Shown here: positions 40,401 to 56,182 of the stretch, piece by piece | Layout: each line of letters starts with the position of its first letter | Position numbering within the stretch: the stretch's first letter is position 1 | Origin: the human T2T-CHM13v2.0 reference genome, Homo sapiens | NCBI RefSeq assembly: GCF_009914755.1 | Contig: NC_060941.1 | DNA length: 64,000 nucleotides | Direction: 5' to 3' (one strand) | The notes under the pieces: model-generated | Seen by the model: the letters and a program-made list of their open reading frames with translations, nothing else | Database searches by the model: none | What the model was told of the DNA's origin: nothing | Made by a program: the position numbers and the translations under genes

Positions 40401-43119
40401 CTCTTCAACATACTGATTTTAAGCAATAGGTTTTAAACATATAATTTTAAATATTTTATAGCATTTTAGAAATTTTGTCCTGGGCTATTTTAAATCTTAA
40501 TGCTTATTAACTCTTTAACCTTTTTGTTGTCTCGACTCCAACAAAATTTTCATTTCAGGAACTCTTGTGTTTTAGTCAAGTCTAATTAATATTTGGAGTT
40601 CTAAAAAAGCTACAACTATATGCCAGTTATAACAATATGTTATTTTTCCTTCTTAGCTAAGTGGGGAAAGCTAGTGACAGAGCTATGGCAAGAAATGTTT
40701 TCTGTACACTGAACGAAAATAAATGAAATAAAGTATGATTCTTTCAGCCAAAAAATTAGCCAGGCAGCTTCTGAATACTTCAGCCATGGAGTCAAACATG
40801 ATTTCTTTAAAGGAAGTTAAAATATGATACCAGTTATATCAGCCTGAAAACAAAATCTGATAAAACATTGTCATATTCATACTGTCTGAATCCTCATCCG
40901 AAAGAAGTCACAGAAGTTCCCAAGTCTCTACTAGGGATCCTATAGAAAAAGGCTGAACATTCATAGACATTTAAGACTTTTGTATGAAATTAAACTTGCC
41001 ACTGCTTTCAGACAACATTTCATAGAAAATTGTGCTCCATAGTTAAAATTTTAAATTAAAATTTCTCAATTTAAATTGAAAAATTTAATCTTAATGATCA
41101 AATCAAGTCCTTGATTAAGCTGTCATTGCAATAAAAGGGAATTTTCTTCCCCACATATGTGCACCTATCTAAGACTTACTTTCTTGGCCTTTTTTCACCT
41201 TGTTCCTTTTCGTCAGAATATAAACTGACACTATTTTGAGATTTTTCTGTTTATGTTTTTCTTATTTTCATAGAATACTCAGCTAGTTGTGGAGGAGAGT
41301 GAAGATAACGTATGAAAGATCTCATCGCTAGGATATCATTCAAATGAGACTTTCGAACATCCTGAAAGTTTACATTTCTGAGCCCATTCCCTTATTCTTG
41401 ATCAATATTTCTTTTTTTATGATTTGTGACATGAACAGCATCTGTATGAATGTCGCTGTTTGCAGAAACTTACATATATTTCATTAAATAAATTATATGT
41501 TACATATACAGTGGAATATTTTGTCTTCACGTAAATATTTCTGCATAGATGTTCGCATGGAAATAAAACGAGAAGAAAATGAATTCTAAACTTGGCTCAT
41601 TGCCTAATTTATTTTATTACTACCTTATTTTATTTTATATGCAGACCCAAGTTTGTTTTCTTGGCAAAGATAAAGAAACCGGACAAGTAGTTCCCTTCTG
41701 TGGAAATCTGGTTTCACTTGTGTGATACCACCCAGATTCCCTCCACCTCTTCCTTGCCGCCATTGCTCTATCCACTTAAAGTGAGCTAAAATATTTAATG
41801 GGTTACGAGAGTAAGAACTCTGTTTTTTTAAATTTCATTTAAAATAGTGGTGTAGTATCGGTTATGATCAACAGAGTCTAAGGCTCCTTTGTAACCACTA
41901 AATCTAAGAAAAGCCACAAATTACCATTGGAATTGAAGAGCAGTTGGCTTTGGGTACTGGTTTCAATGACCCCCTCCCCCTAAATTAAAATATCCTGCAT
42001 CTGTGTAAATAAACATCTCTAGGTATATGGTAAGGCAATATTTAGCACAAATATGTTTCATACAAAATTAGCAGCAAAGAAAAACTTTAAACTTGTAATT
42101 ACATGAAAAAAATTAAGCCGTTAGTGTAATTAAGAAGTTCCTTCTTTTTCCCTTAAACATGGAGAGCAGAAGCAATCACTCTTTTGCATGACTACTCTCG
42201 TTGTTGAACTTTCCAAAGCATTATTATTATTTTCTCTTTCTTCCATGACAATTTATAATGATACTTTTATTCTGGCAAGAAATTAAGTTCTAGCACTAAA
42301 TGTTTATTGGCTAAATTAATGTTTATAAATGCTAAATTTAGAGTAGTATTTCTGCCAATGAGATCTAGGAAGTCAACAGATAAGCTTCTTAAGAGATAGT
42401 AGCTAAAAGTCTTATAATCTTTTCTATTTATAGAAGTCAAGGAAGTGAACTCAGATGAGATAAAAACTGAGTTATTTAGCCCTAGAGAGTCTGTCTCTAG
42501 TTGTCACCCTCATTTCCCCTGTCTTGATCATTCTTTCTCTTTCCAGTTTCCGAAGTCAAAACTGCCTTTTGAAAGTGACACAAAATTCTAGCATGATGGT
42601 TCTGTTAGTGAGGCAGTAACTCATAAAAGTGTGTTTTCAAGGAAAGTGCTCATGGAGGTATTCTACGCTGCCATCTTTCTTCTGAATTCTTGGAAATAAT
42701 TATATCTTAATGTCCTTAATGTTCTGAAGGTAATGAACAAGTAGCTTCAATTTAACTGGATTTTGGACACTTCTCCCTAGAGAATTCAGGAACCCACTGC
42801 CTACAGTTTTTTACTGCTATTCATGGAAGAAATGGGAGGACATGTTATCAATCTGTATTGCTAGGAGACTTTCAAGTTATAGTGCTGGAGAAATGTATGA
42901 AAAGCTTCCCAGATGATAGGGAAACCAATGATACTCTAGTGTTCTCACCTAAATATACAGCTTTTCTTCTTGGACCACCAGTATGGTGAAAGTCTTCAAT
43001 GGCTCCTTTTTTGTTGTTCTAGAAATAACTATTTCATTTTAATTTCTTCTATTTGTTTTATAAATTATTTTTCAATTGTCAAAAATTCTATATATTTATG
43101 GTATATAATATGATGCTTT

Positions 43120-44030
43120 TTAAAACATTTATTTTAGATTCAGGGGTACATGTGCAGGTTTCTTATTTAGGTAAATTGCCTGGTGCAGGGTTTTGGGGTA
43201 CAGATTATTGTGTCACCCAGGTAATAAGCATAGTACAGGATATGTACTTTTTCAATCCTCACCCTCCTCCCACCCTCCACCCTCAAGTAGGCCCTGGTGG
43301 CCATTGTTCCCTTCTTTGTGCCCACTTGTATTCAAAGTTTAATTCTCACTTATAAGTGAGAACATTCAGTATTTGGTTGTCCATTCCTATGTTAGTTTGC
43401 TTAGGATAATGACCTCCAGCTTTACCCATGTTCCTGCAGAGGACATTATCTTGTTATTTTTTATGGCTGCATAGTATTCCATGGTGTATATGTACCATAG
43501 TTTTTTAATGCAATCTACCGTTGATGGACATTTAAGTTGACTCCACGTCTTTGCTATTGTGAATAGTGCTGTGATAAGCATACGTGCGCATGTACCTTTA
43601 AGGTAGAATGATATACATCCCTTTGGGTACATATCCAATAATGGGATTGCTAGGTAGCATGGTAATCCTGTTTTAGTTCTTTGAGAAATTGCCAAGCTGT
43701 TTTCCACAATGGCTGAAGTAATTTCCATTCCCACCTGCAGTGTATAAGCATTCCATTTTCTCCACAAGCTCATCAGCCTGTGTTATTTTTTTGACTTTTT
43801 AATAATAGCCATTCTGACAGGTGTGAGATGGTTTCTCATTGTGGTTTCAATTTGCTTTTCTCTAATGACAAGCAATATTGGGAGTTTTTTTATATATGCG
43901 TTGGCCATGTGTGTCTTCTTTGGAAAAGTGTCTGTTCATGTCCTTTGCCTACTGTTCAATGGGGTTTTGTTTTTTTGCTTGTAAATTTGTTTAAGTTCCT
44001 TACAGATTCTGGATATTAGAGCTTTGTTGC
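43120..44030 (-). mobile_element. L1PA15/16-like 3' end (ORF2 C-terminal remnant)
   Basis: ORF 43387-43773 ALFTIAKTWSQLKCPS..LWYIYTMEYYAAIK; ttttagattcaggggtacatgtgcagg. Confidence 0.93.
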
Positions 44031-44418
44031 CATCAGTTGAATCACAACCGATTGCAGCCACCCTAGGCTATGGTGGTCATCTGCTCCAACCGCCTTATTT
44101 ACAGGTGAAAAAAAAAATGAGTCCCCAGATGTAAAAGTTGAGGGGGAGTCAGAGTTGGTGGCAAAACCAGAACTAAGACTCAATTCTCTTGATGCATAGA
44201 CCATTTTTTTCTTCCACATTTGTTAAATGTGTTTGGCCAATACTCCCTAGTGTTTTTCACATTGCCCTACGTGTATTTCAAGATCCATCAAAACCTTGCT
44301 CCGTCTTGCCATTTAACTCTATTTTCTATTCATCTCATAATATGAAAATCTTGTGACCATCAAGCTGAGCTTCTTCATTCTCTTTACCAATGCACCTACT
44401 GAACTTTTTACCTTGTGC

Positions 44419-44531
44419 TACGGTGACCAAACATCCCAATTTTCCAAGGACTGTCTGGGTTTTAGCACTGAAAGTCCTGCACTCTGGGGACCTCCTCTGT
44501 ACTAAGCAAATTGGCCTAGTTGGTTACCCTA
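44419..44531 (+). mobile_element. MER81 (hAT-Blackjack MITE)
   Basis: ta(c)ggtgaccaa...ttggttacccta inverted ends; gttttagcactgaaagtcc. Confidence 0.8.
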
Positions 44532-45347
44532 CCATGCCCACTACTTGCATAGCTATTGCCTTGATCCTCTTCTCTAGAATTTTCTTCCCCTCATCTTTTC
44601 TTCCCCAAATTTTCTTCCTTAAATTTTTATGATGACGAAAGAAAATTCAAACGCCCTTCCCTTTGGATAATCTTCAATTGTTATTCTCTAAACTTCTATG
44701 GGTCTGTTATTATACCTTACATATTTAAGCTTTTCATTAAAGGCTGTCTTGACTTGCTTGAGAAGTACTTGAGACATTATCTTCCCTGCACAAAGTAGAT
44801 GGTAATCTACTATCAAATAGAGTCATGGAGATAAAAAGCAGCTTGTTTCCGTAAGGTCAATTTTGTGAGACAGGCATTGCACTCATTTAATAAATACTAT
44901 ACACTGTGAGATAAGTATTATTACACCTATTTTATGGAAACAAATGAAGTTTAGAGAAGGTAGCAAGTTGATCATAAGGATTCAAATCTAGCCCTCTCTG
45001 ACTCCTTCCAATACATCACACTTGCTGGATAGGAAATGTGTTGATGTTTTGGAAATTCCCACAACTCTAACCTAGTGCTAAGCCCAAAGTGCGTGCTCAA
45101 AAAATACTTGCTGTTATGTTCTAAATTGCACTTCCAATTAGATCTACAAACACATGTTCATGATGGCAGGGAAGATACATTATTTCCAAAAAGAATAATA
45201 AATCATAGAAAGTATTTTATCCAATGTAAGCATAATTGTAATTGTATTTTATAGCTTAACGTTGTAATATTGATGAGTGTGTTCTCTTTGTCTTCTTATT
45301 CTTCTAGCCTTAAAAATAGTCACAAATGTCATATATCCATATATTGA

Positions 45348-45348
45348 G

Positions 45349-45387
<39 letters not shown>

Positions 45388-45399
45388 CACATACATACA
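45348..45399. repeat. (CA)n(TA)n microsatellite
   Basis: Direct observation. Confidence 0.95.
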
Positions 45400-45492
45400 G
45401 TCTTGCTATCATCGCTAAAATTTTTGTCATCATCTAACTCATTTTTGGCTTTTTTTTTCTGGCTTTCATACTTTTCCTTATCTCATCTGTTA

Positions 45493-45818
45493 GATTGCCA
45501 CTGCTGAATACAGTAGCCACTAGTCAAGTATGGTTTCTGAGCACTCAAAATGTGACAGACTCACAGTGAGACATCCTGCAAGTATGAGATACACAGCTGA
45601 CTTTGAAGATGTAATTCCAAAAAAAATGTAAAATAGCTGATCAGTGATTTTTATGTTGACTACATTTTTAAAAGATAATCTTTTTATATATTGGGTTAAA
45701 TAACACATTATTAAAATTAACATTGCTTGTTCCTTTTTTACTTTTGAAAAATATTTGGCTCTAAGAACATTTAAAGTTACACATATGGGCTACATTATAT
45801 ATTTATTGGACAGCACTA
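45493..45818. mobile_element. MER33-like hAT-Charlie element
   Basis: gtagccactagtcaagtatgg...tattgggttaaataacacattattaaaattaa...tattggacagcact. Confidence 0.75.
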
Positions 45819-46482
45819 CTATTACTACTAAATACTTTCTAGAGACATCCTGTGATGAATACTTTTTATTCATTTTCCTTTGAGAAAATATCATATTTTA
45901 ATGTAATTTTATGGAATTTTTTCAAATAAAGTTATCTTTAAATATTATGTATTTGGTGATTAAATTAATAAATGTCAACATATCTCCCGACAAGTGATCA
46001 GCAAATGAGATTTTTTTCCTGATAAAATAATTCATGGTAAAAGGAAAGTTATGTAGGCCATGTGAACATATATGTGACGGTGAAATTCTGGCATAGTGTA
46101 TGTGGCATGAATCATGATATTCAAAGAATGACATATGAACATTCTCTTAATTTGGATTTCTATATATTTACCATGGAACTAAACTTTAACCAAATTGATA
46201 GCATAGAAAAATAAAACAGTGAAAATAAAACAACCGTAATTACTAGGAAGATGAAAAAAGTTTTATGAAAAAATATTGCATAGTTCAACTATTTCTTAAA
46301 ACCTATTTAAATCTGGAATTTGGACTATTCAGACCTGGGAAAGTTATAAGATAAGGCCTGTAAAATACACCCTCATCAAAGGATGGCAATAAGTTGCTTT
46401 GTGAAAGCTCTTATAGGAAACAAAATGCTCCACCCTCTCACAGCTAATGTGAGGATTTAGAAATTATGAGCAAATGTATTAA

Positions 46483-48256
<1,774 letters not shown>

Positions 48257-48631
48257 AAAGGAAGAAAGGGAGGTTTAGTGTGTATGTTTGTCTGTGTATG
48301 TGTGTGTGTGTGTGTGTGTGTTTTAAGGCGGATAGAAAAATTGTTCTAATCACTATTGTGATTAAATTTTCCAAGGACTTGTGTCTATTTACAGTAAGGA
48401 CTTATTCCTTATGTTTTGAAATACAATATGTTACCTTAAGCCCAGTAAATTTGTCTAGGCAAAAGTTTTTGATTGTGTGTGAAAGTGTTCACGATGATAA
48501 CTTCAATTAGATATCTCCCCTTGTTTATTAAAAGATGTGCTTGAAACTAACACTTTAAGGATATTGCTTTTAAACTGAAGTATCTGGAGCAAAAGGAATA
48601 ATTTATAATACAGGAAACTTACATGTCTAGA

Positions 48632-48790
48632 ACTCTGTTATTCGAAGTGTGGTGCAAGGACAAGCAACATCAACATCACTTTGGAGCTTGTTAGGATCTC
48701 AGGCCGTTCCTCATCCTGATTGAATCAGATTATATATTTTAACAAGACTCCTAGGAACTAGTATATACAATAAAGTTGCAGAAACACTAG
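48632..48790. mobile_element. MER5A
   Basis: gaagtgtggt..agcaacatcaacatcactttggagcttgttag...ttttaacaagactcc. Confidence 0.75.
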
Positions 48791-49352
48791 TCTGTGGAAT
48801 CTATGATGTTGAAAAGTATTTGTTCTTTTGCATAGACAGACCAAATTATTGTACCTAGGAGAGTTCAGGTGCCCTGGGAAGCATAAAGCAAGATAAGATT
48901 AGATATACAAGAGCTTTATAGTAGAAGTAAGCAGATGAATGTAGGGTGAGCTTTCCAATTTCAAAACAGGTCTGACATCTGTGGGAGGAGACAAGAATGG
49001 AAGAAGAATTGGGCAAGAAGGGTCTCTACCGCAGTTCAGTTTCAAGGAAGTTTTGGCCAAGCCACTGGGAAGTTCTCACACAAAAGTCGCCCTCTGTAGA
49101 GCCCTACTATTGGTAGGAATGAGTCCCTTAGCCCCTTCTGTGCACAGTCATTGGCTGAAGGCAGCCCACAGCAACATCACCTCCATGCAAACACAGGGTT
49201 GGATCAAGATAGTTGTCAATAGATAATGTTCCCTGTCACAAGAGCTTCAAGTCATGCACTCCTACAGTCACCACATAAGGCAAAGCAAAATTTAGTAAAC
49301 CTAGCAGTGGAGGAAAAAGAGAAGAGAATTTTAAGCATTAAAACTGAATAGA

Positions 49353-49831
49353 GGATCGGCATGGTGCCTCACACCTGTAATCCCGGCACTTTGGGAGGCC
49401 GTGGCAGGAGAATTGCTTAAGCCCAGGAGTTTGAGACTAGCTTGGGCAACATAGTGAGACCCTGTCTCTACCAAAAATTAAAACACAATTAGCTGGGCAT
49501 GGTGGCTCCTGCCTGTAGTTCCAGCTATTCAGGAGGCTGAGGTGGGAGGATCGGTTGAGCCCAGGAGTTTGAGGTTGCAGTGAGCCAAGGTTGTGCCACT
49601 GCATTCCAGCCTGGGCAATAGAGTGAGGCATTTTTACATTGAGTTCACTCCTGGTGTTGTACATTCTATGGATTTTGACAAATGCATGATGACATTTACA
49701 TACTATTGTAGATAGGTTGTTATCTACAATCTAGATCTCAGTAGTCTTACCAGTAGAGTAGCATTTGGCATTATTAGGCAATCTGTTTCTAAAAAACAAA
49801 AAAACAAAAAGGAGAAGAAGAAAAAGAAATA
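49353..49831 (+). mobile_element. AluJ with a ~155 bp insert just before its tail
   Basis: Alu to gagtgag (49627), resumes ctgtttctaaaa (~49783); TSD aaaactgaataga at 49340 and 49832. Confidence 0.93.
49633..49735 (-). repeat. Inverted copy of 50155-50258
   Basis: tggtgttgtacattctatggatttt...ttgttatctacaatctaga is the reverse complement, ~85%. Confidence 0.93.
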
Positions 49832-49849
49832 AAAACTGAATAGAATAGG

Positions 49850-50458
49850 AGGTGAATGGATAAACTATGATACATCCAGACAATTGAGGTATTATTCAGT
49901 ACCAAAAAGAAATGAGCGATCAAGCTATGAAAAGGCATGAAAGAACCTTAAATGCATAATTACTAAGTGATAGAAGCCAATCCAAAAAGGCCACATCCTG
50001 AATGTTTTTAGCTATATTACATTCTGGAAAAGACAAAATATGGTGTCAGTAAGATCAGTGGTTGCCAGAGGTTAATGGGGAGAAAGGAATGGATGGGCAG
50101 GGCACAGAGAATGTTTAAGGCTGTGAAACTATTCTATGTGACATGACAGTGGTGTCTAGATTGTAGATAACAATATATTTACAATATTAAATAAATGTCA
50201 TTATGCATTTGTGAAAATCCATAGAATGTACAACACCAAGAATGAATCTTAATGTAAACTGTGGACTTTCGGTTGATGATGATGTGTCAATGTAGGTTCA
50301 TTGATTGCAACAAAGGTACCACTCTGGGGTGTGATATTGATAGTGGGGGAGGCTGTGCTGTTTAGGAGCAGGGGATATATGGGAACTCTCTGTACTTTCT
50401 GCTCAATTATGCTTTGAACCTAAAATTGCCATAAAAATAAAATCTATTTGTAAAAAAA
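49850..50458 (+). mobile_element. L1MC1-like 3' end
   Basis: ccatagaatgtacaacaccaag...gatgtgtcaatgtaggttcat...gaacctaaaattgcc. Confidence 0.9.
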
Positions 50459-51527
50459 TGAACAGAGAGAGTGATCATTCAGATTATTTTATTTCATCTT
50501 TGTCTTTGATGGGCTGAAGTCACCTAGCCAGAAAAACAAAACTTGTAGAATCCTCTTTGGTTACTGAATACATGCTCCATGACAGCTTGGATTTCCCTGC
50601 TCCAGAGACCCCAACAGGGGCTACTATCTGTTTTAGTAGCAGAGGTGGCTTAGAGTTCAGCAGAGCAGTGCAGATAGCTTCCTTCTTGAGAAAGTTTCTC
50701 TTTTTTATTATATAATCTGTTATTTAAGAGACTACAAGAAAAAAAAAATACGTTCCCCGATTGAAAAAAGAAAGAAAAACCTGAGCATTACAGGTGTAGA
50801 CTTGAGTCACTAAAGAAACAATGATTATTAGGGTTATTAAATAATTCTTAGAAACTTCAAAATGTTCCTTGTCAACAGAGACCCAGAGTAAGTATTAAGA
50901 GAAGAACACAGGTGCACGGTCCCCACAGCAGCCTTATCAGTAGGGCGGCATTTGGCACCATCTTTAGGGATGTGGTCACATCACTCAGGCTCTTTGATCT
51001 CAGAACCTTCATCTTTGAAGAGCAAAGAAGCATTCATGTTTACTTTTCACTTCCTTTACACCTAAACATTACTCTCAGTATACTCGAGAAATCATTAATG
51101 ATGATAGCTTCCGGGGGATCAAACGCTCTAAGAGCATTTAGAAAATAAAAGTCATTTAGAAAATAATAATGTCATATTTATCCCTTTGAAGAGCTGGCTG
51201 ATGTAGCAACTGAGGTTTACAATAGGAATTAACAACAGATTTCTTTGATTAAAGTGCCATGAGGGGCACTTGATATCTACACAATTTATTAGGTAGTTAA
51301 CTTCTCTTGCAGAATAATAAGCTGAGACACGTATTAAGCACTTACAGTGTGACATCTACACTGCTTGGTCCTTCGCATGCACCCTTTTATCTAATTCTTA
51401 CAATAGATTGACGATAAGGTAATATTATCTCCATTTAAAGAAACCCTTGGACACGGATTTAAGAAATTAGCCTAAGGTCGACATTTAGTAAATAGTGGAA
51501 GAAATATGAGCCAGATAGAAGTACTAA

Positions 51528-51690
51528 GTGGTTCTTCTATGTTGGATGTGTACCAGAATCATGGAGAAAGTTTATTAAATTGCACATCTGTAGGCCAGCA
51601 TCAGGGTTTTTTATTAGGGCCTGGGGTTGTGTCTGACCGTCTGATATATTTAGAAGATTCTGGAAGGAATCTGATATAACTAAGAACATC
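51528..51690. mobile_element. MER5B-like fragment
   Basis: agtggttctt...ccagaatcatggagaaagtttattaaa. Confidence 0.5.
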
Positions 51691-52299
51691 AGAACAACTG
51701 ATGTAAGTCTGCAATGCTGGGAGGTCAATTTCTCCACCATTGTCATTCTGCAGGAGTTTATCTGTTCTTGGATCTGATTTAGTTTTTGGAAAGCTTTAGT
51801 GAATGATGCGTAAGTCTCCCTTTTTGGCAATGCGTTCAGCAGTTGCCTGGTTTATATGCTTCTTCCTCTTGGCAGAACTCAGTATTCACGTATTGAATAT
51901 TGTTTACTAGCCTCCTTGGGTGGAGAGATTAATTATTTATTTCTACAGCCTTGGCTTCATTGATCCTCCTGATAGGACTCATGCCAGAGAATGAGTGTGA
52001 ATCTTCCTGCTCAGATTAGAGGCTTGGGCTGCTTTGTAAAAATGATACTCTACTTCAGCCCTCCAAATCCACACAAAGGCTTTCCAACAATTTGTATACA
52101 CCTAATTCCGGCCCCCACTTCCTCTTCTAGTCTGGAGAAAGGATAAAATTCTTAAACCACCTGGTAGGGTAGGGAAGATTAGACAAAGGGAGTATAACAC
52201 AGAAATGAGGGAATAGAGTTGGTCACTTCTGGCCTCTCTCCAGTTTCCTTTTCTCTCTGTTCTTTGAGATGTAGAAACATCATGGGTTTAGATTAACGT

Positions 52300-52560
52300 A
52301 TTCTTGGCATTGTTTCCTGTTTCAAAGAAAAAGAAGGGATGTCAGTGGTATCTGATATCAAATAATTTAACCAGAAGGGTAGCTAAGCTAAAGCAAAGTG
52401 AGTCCAGGCTCATTTTTCAACAGGCTAAAATGAAGAAAAGGAAAGCTTTAGATATCATTCATTTTGATCCAAAGCATGTTGACCAAACACCTATTAAGTA
52501 CTTTGAAATGTTCCTGTTATAATATGGGCTGCAAATACATGGGTATTGAATGACTTTATT
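52300..52560 (+). mobile_element. CR1/L3 reverse-transcriptase fossil
   Basis: ORF 52304-52522 KALDIIHFDPKHVD resembles the CR1 RT motif KAVDxxYLDFSKAFD. Confidence 0.5.
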
Positions 52561-52987
52561 AGTGAAGGCATTGTGTTGTAGACAAATATGAATGAAGGCT
52601 GGTATTTGCCTTTAAGAGTTTAATTGGGCTTTTGTATTGGGGGTGCAGGCAGGCACGTGCAAAATATTTGGGCTACTAGCTCCAGCTTAAGGCAGAACAT
52701 GATATAGTGGAGGCAGAGGGTACTATGAAGTTACAACAGGCAGAAAAATGTGTTTTGATCAAGAGGTTTGATAATGAAGGAACAGGCTTTTGATGTCCAA
52801 ATTGAATTTCATTAAAGCTTCAGATAAATATTCTCCTGGAATAGTTTGAGGGTCATTCTGACATAGGAAATATGAACTCTGCAGTGAGAAAGAGAAGCTG
52901 GATAGGAAAGCAGGCTCTCAGAGAATTTTCCTCAGTCTATTACCAAAGGTTCAAGGCTGCAATCTTCTGGCATGTGTCAGGAATAAA

Positions 52988-52990
52988 ACA

Positions 52991-53037
<47 letters not shown>
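52988..53037. repeat. (CA)n microsatellite
   Basis: ~25 units, one interruption. Confidence 0.98.
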
Positions 53038-53042
<5 letters not shown>

Positions 53043-53082
53043 CAAACAAGATTGCAGAAGATGTGTTCTGATTTAATCTAGG

Positions 53083-53470
53083 TGTCAAGTCTTTGATGCC
53101 ATGGATTAAGTGGGTGGCTTAAATTAAAAAAAAAAATTTCTGTATAGTTCCAAAGGCTAGAAGTTCAAAACCAAGGTGGCTGCAGGGAGAATCTGTACCA
53201 CATCTCTTTCTTAGATTTTGCTGGTTGACATCAATCTCTGGTGTTACTTGGCTTTATAAACACATAACTCCAATCTCTGCCTCCATCTTCACATGGCATT
53301 CTTCCCTGTGTCTCCCTTCATTTCATATGGCCTTCTTATGAGGATACCAGCCACTGATTTAGGGCCTAGTATTACCTCATCTTAACTAATTACATCAGCA
53401 AAGGCCCTATTTCCAAGTAAGATCACAGTTGAGGTTCCATGTGGATGTGAATTTTGGGAGACAATTCAAC
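53083..53470 (-). mobile_element. MLT1B/C-like MaLR LTR
   Basis: actccaatctctgcctccatcttcacatggc...catcttaactaattacatcagcaaaggccctatttcca. Confidence 0.85.
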
Positions 53471-53879
53471 TGTGTTAGTCTGCTTGCATTGCCATAAAGG
53501 AATATCTGAGATTGGGTAATTTTTAAAGAAAAGAGGCTTATTTTGGCTCATGGCTCTGCAGTCTGTACATGAAGCCTGATGCAGGCATCTGTTTCTGGTG
53601 AGGCTTCAGGAAGCTTTCAATCATGGTGGAAGGCAAAGGGGGATCCGGCATATCACATGGCAAGAAGGAGAGAGCTGGGTCAGGTGCCACACTCTTTTAC
53701 ACAACTAGATCTCCTATCAACTCAGAGTGAGAACTCGTACATTATTATGAGGTGGGCACCAAGGCATTCATGAGGGATCTATCCCCATGACCCAATCACC
53801 TCGCACCAGGCCCTACCTTCAACAATGGGGATGACATTTAAACATGAGATTCGAGGGGACAAACGTTCAAACCATATCA
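53471..53879 (-). mobile_element. MSTB-like MaLR LTR inserted at the end of MLT1
   Basis: tgtgttagtc...aaccatatca termini; gggtaatttttaaagaaaagagg. Confidence 0.88.
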
Positions 53880-54363
53880 CTAACCCAGTCAATGGGGTCA
53901 AGTTTTTGAGACTGCAATTTAAAGACTATAACATTACTACCAATTTAGGCTAATTTCCAGAATTCTGTAAAACCTGGGTAGAGAGAAACAAAGAAAATAT
54001 CCATATGTTAGAATTGAAAGCTGATTGAAATTAAAGAGACGAAAGCCTTTACGAAGTGCCTGGGGAATCAGGAGGTCTGATTCAGGAGCAAAAATGAGCC
54101 CACTACAGGAAGATGAAGAAATCTAAGTTTCATAAGACTTGACATAGGGGAAAAAATGGTTTTCACATAGGTAATGCCATAGTTATGAAATGAAAATGCC
54201 TGTCCTTTCTACTCTCAAACAGGTTGCTGATATAGACCTATCTCCAAATCCTAATGGGTCTGAGGCTTATTGATATTCCTATGGTATTTTTCCTTATTGT
54301 GAGAAAAGGATTGAGCAGTCCTCAGTTTCCTGGTTATTTTTGTTAGCACTGAAGATACAACCA

Positions 54364-54657
54364 TAGTCATGCATTCCTCAATGATGGTGATATACATATA
54401 TTCTGAGAAGTGCATTGTTAGGTGATTTCATGATCTTGCAAACATCATAGAATGTACTTACACAAATCTAGATGGTACAGCCTACTACACACCTAGGCTA
54501 CGTGGTGTAGCCTATCACTCCTAAGCTACAAACCTAAGTATTAGTGTATCTAAACATACAAAAGGTAAAGTAAAAATATGGTATTATAATTTTATAGTAC
54601 CACTGTCACATATGCAGTCCATCATTGACCAAGACATCATTATTCAGTGCATGACTG
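54364..54657 (+). mobile_element. Tigger3a/MER7A-like
   Basis: agtcatgca...tgcatgactg inverted ends; gcctactacacacctaggcta. Confidence 0.88.
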
Positions 54658-54916
54658 TAGTATAAAAATGGAACTGGCTATCAATCTGAGCGTTGAAAAG
54701 TGGAGAGAGTTTTATAAATCGAGATGAAGGACTTTCCGGCTGAAAGATCAGTGTATTTCCAGAATGAGAAAGTGAATGTTGTGTTCAGCCTTACAAATTT
54801 TCCAGCATAGCAAAAATGCACTCACATGGTAAGATCTAATGGGACAGGATTCTGAGAACTTATGTCAGAGGCAGATAATAGATGACTTGGATTTAAAGGC
54901 TAAGAAAGAAATGTGA

Positions 54917-55219
<303 letters not shown>

Positions 55220-55899
55220 AGGAAGGATTTTTTAAACTCTAATAGATGTGAGGAATTAGTTAGACTAGAACATGTGTGTACACTTAGCAGAAGTCTGTAA
55301 GAGAAAAGTTATGTAGAAACTAATAGGAGGTAATCGAATAGAGTGTAACTTGTAGTTAATAGGAAAAAAAGAGATTATGGCCAAGCTAAAGGTTGGTTTT
55401 AAAAAACATTAAGGTATATGTATATTTAAAACAAGAAACATAAACTAAAAAATAAGAACTAGAAAAGACTAGTTGGTTTAAGAAAGAAATTCTGAGATGG
55501 AGAGGAGATACATAAAAATATTTCATAATGGATGGATTTCATTTTGTCAGTAAATTGAAATGAGATAATTAAGGGAGGGAAAGATGAAATAAATCAAGAC
55601 TTCTGGTGATATGATAGCATGTTTGAAATATGTGTCACTGGATCACAGCTGGGAACAGCCACATGAGACTCAGGAGGGCCAGAAGGCCTAGAGGAAAGAG
55701 AAGTTGAATGATTAGACATTTCAATCATTGTTAAGAACACATTCAGTGGGAGTAAAAAAAGTGGGAGAGGTGAAAAGAGAGTGTGATCAGGAACATAAAC
55801 CATTTATATCATTACTCAACTCTTTATTTTTTTATATTTTTATGTTTTATGCAAATGGGAACTGGCCTCTTTTTTTAAATTTGCATTTAAAAAAACTGC

Positions 55900-56182
55900 T
55901 GGGCATTTAAAGGGTTGGTTCCAAGTCTTTGCTATCGTAAACAGTGCTGCAATTGGGGAGTTGAACAATGAGAACACACGGACACAGGGAGGGGAACATC
56001 ACACACTGGGGCCTGTTGGGGGGTGGGGGACTAGGGGAGGGATAGCATTAGGAGAAATACCTAATGTAGATGATGGGTTGATTTGTTGGGTGCAGCAAAC
56101 AACCATGGCACGTGTATACCTATGTAACAAACCTGCACATTCTGCACATGTACCCCAGAACTAAAAGTATAACAACAATAAC
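55900..56182 (+). mobile_element. Short L1PA 3' end with 5' inversion
   Basis: 55900-55952 antisense ORF2-end piece joined to sense 3' UTR; TSD aaaaaaa(c/t)tgc. Confidence 0.9.
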
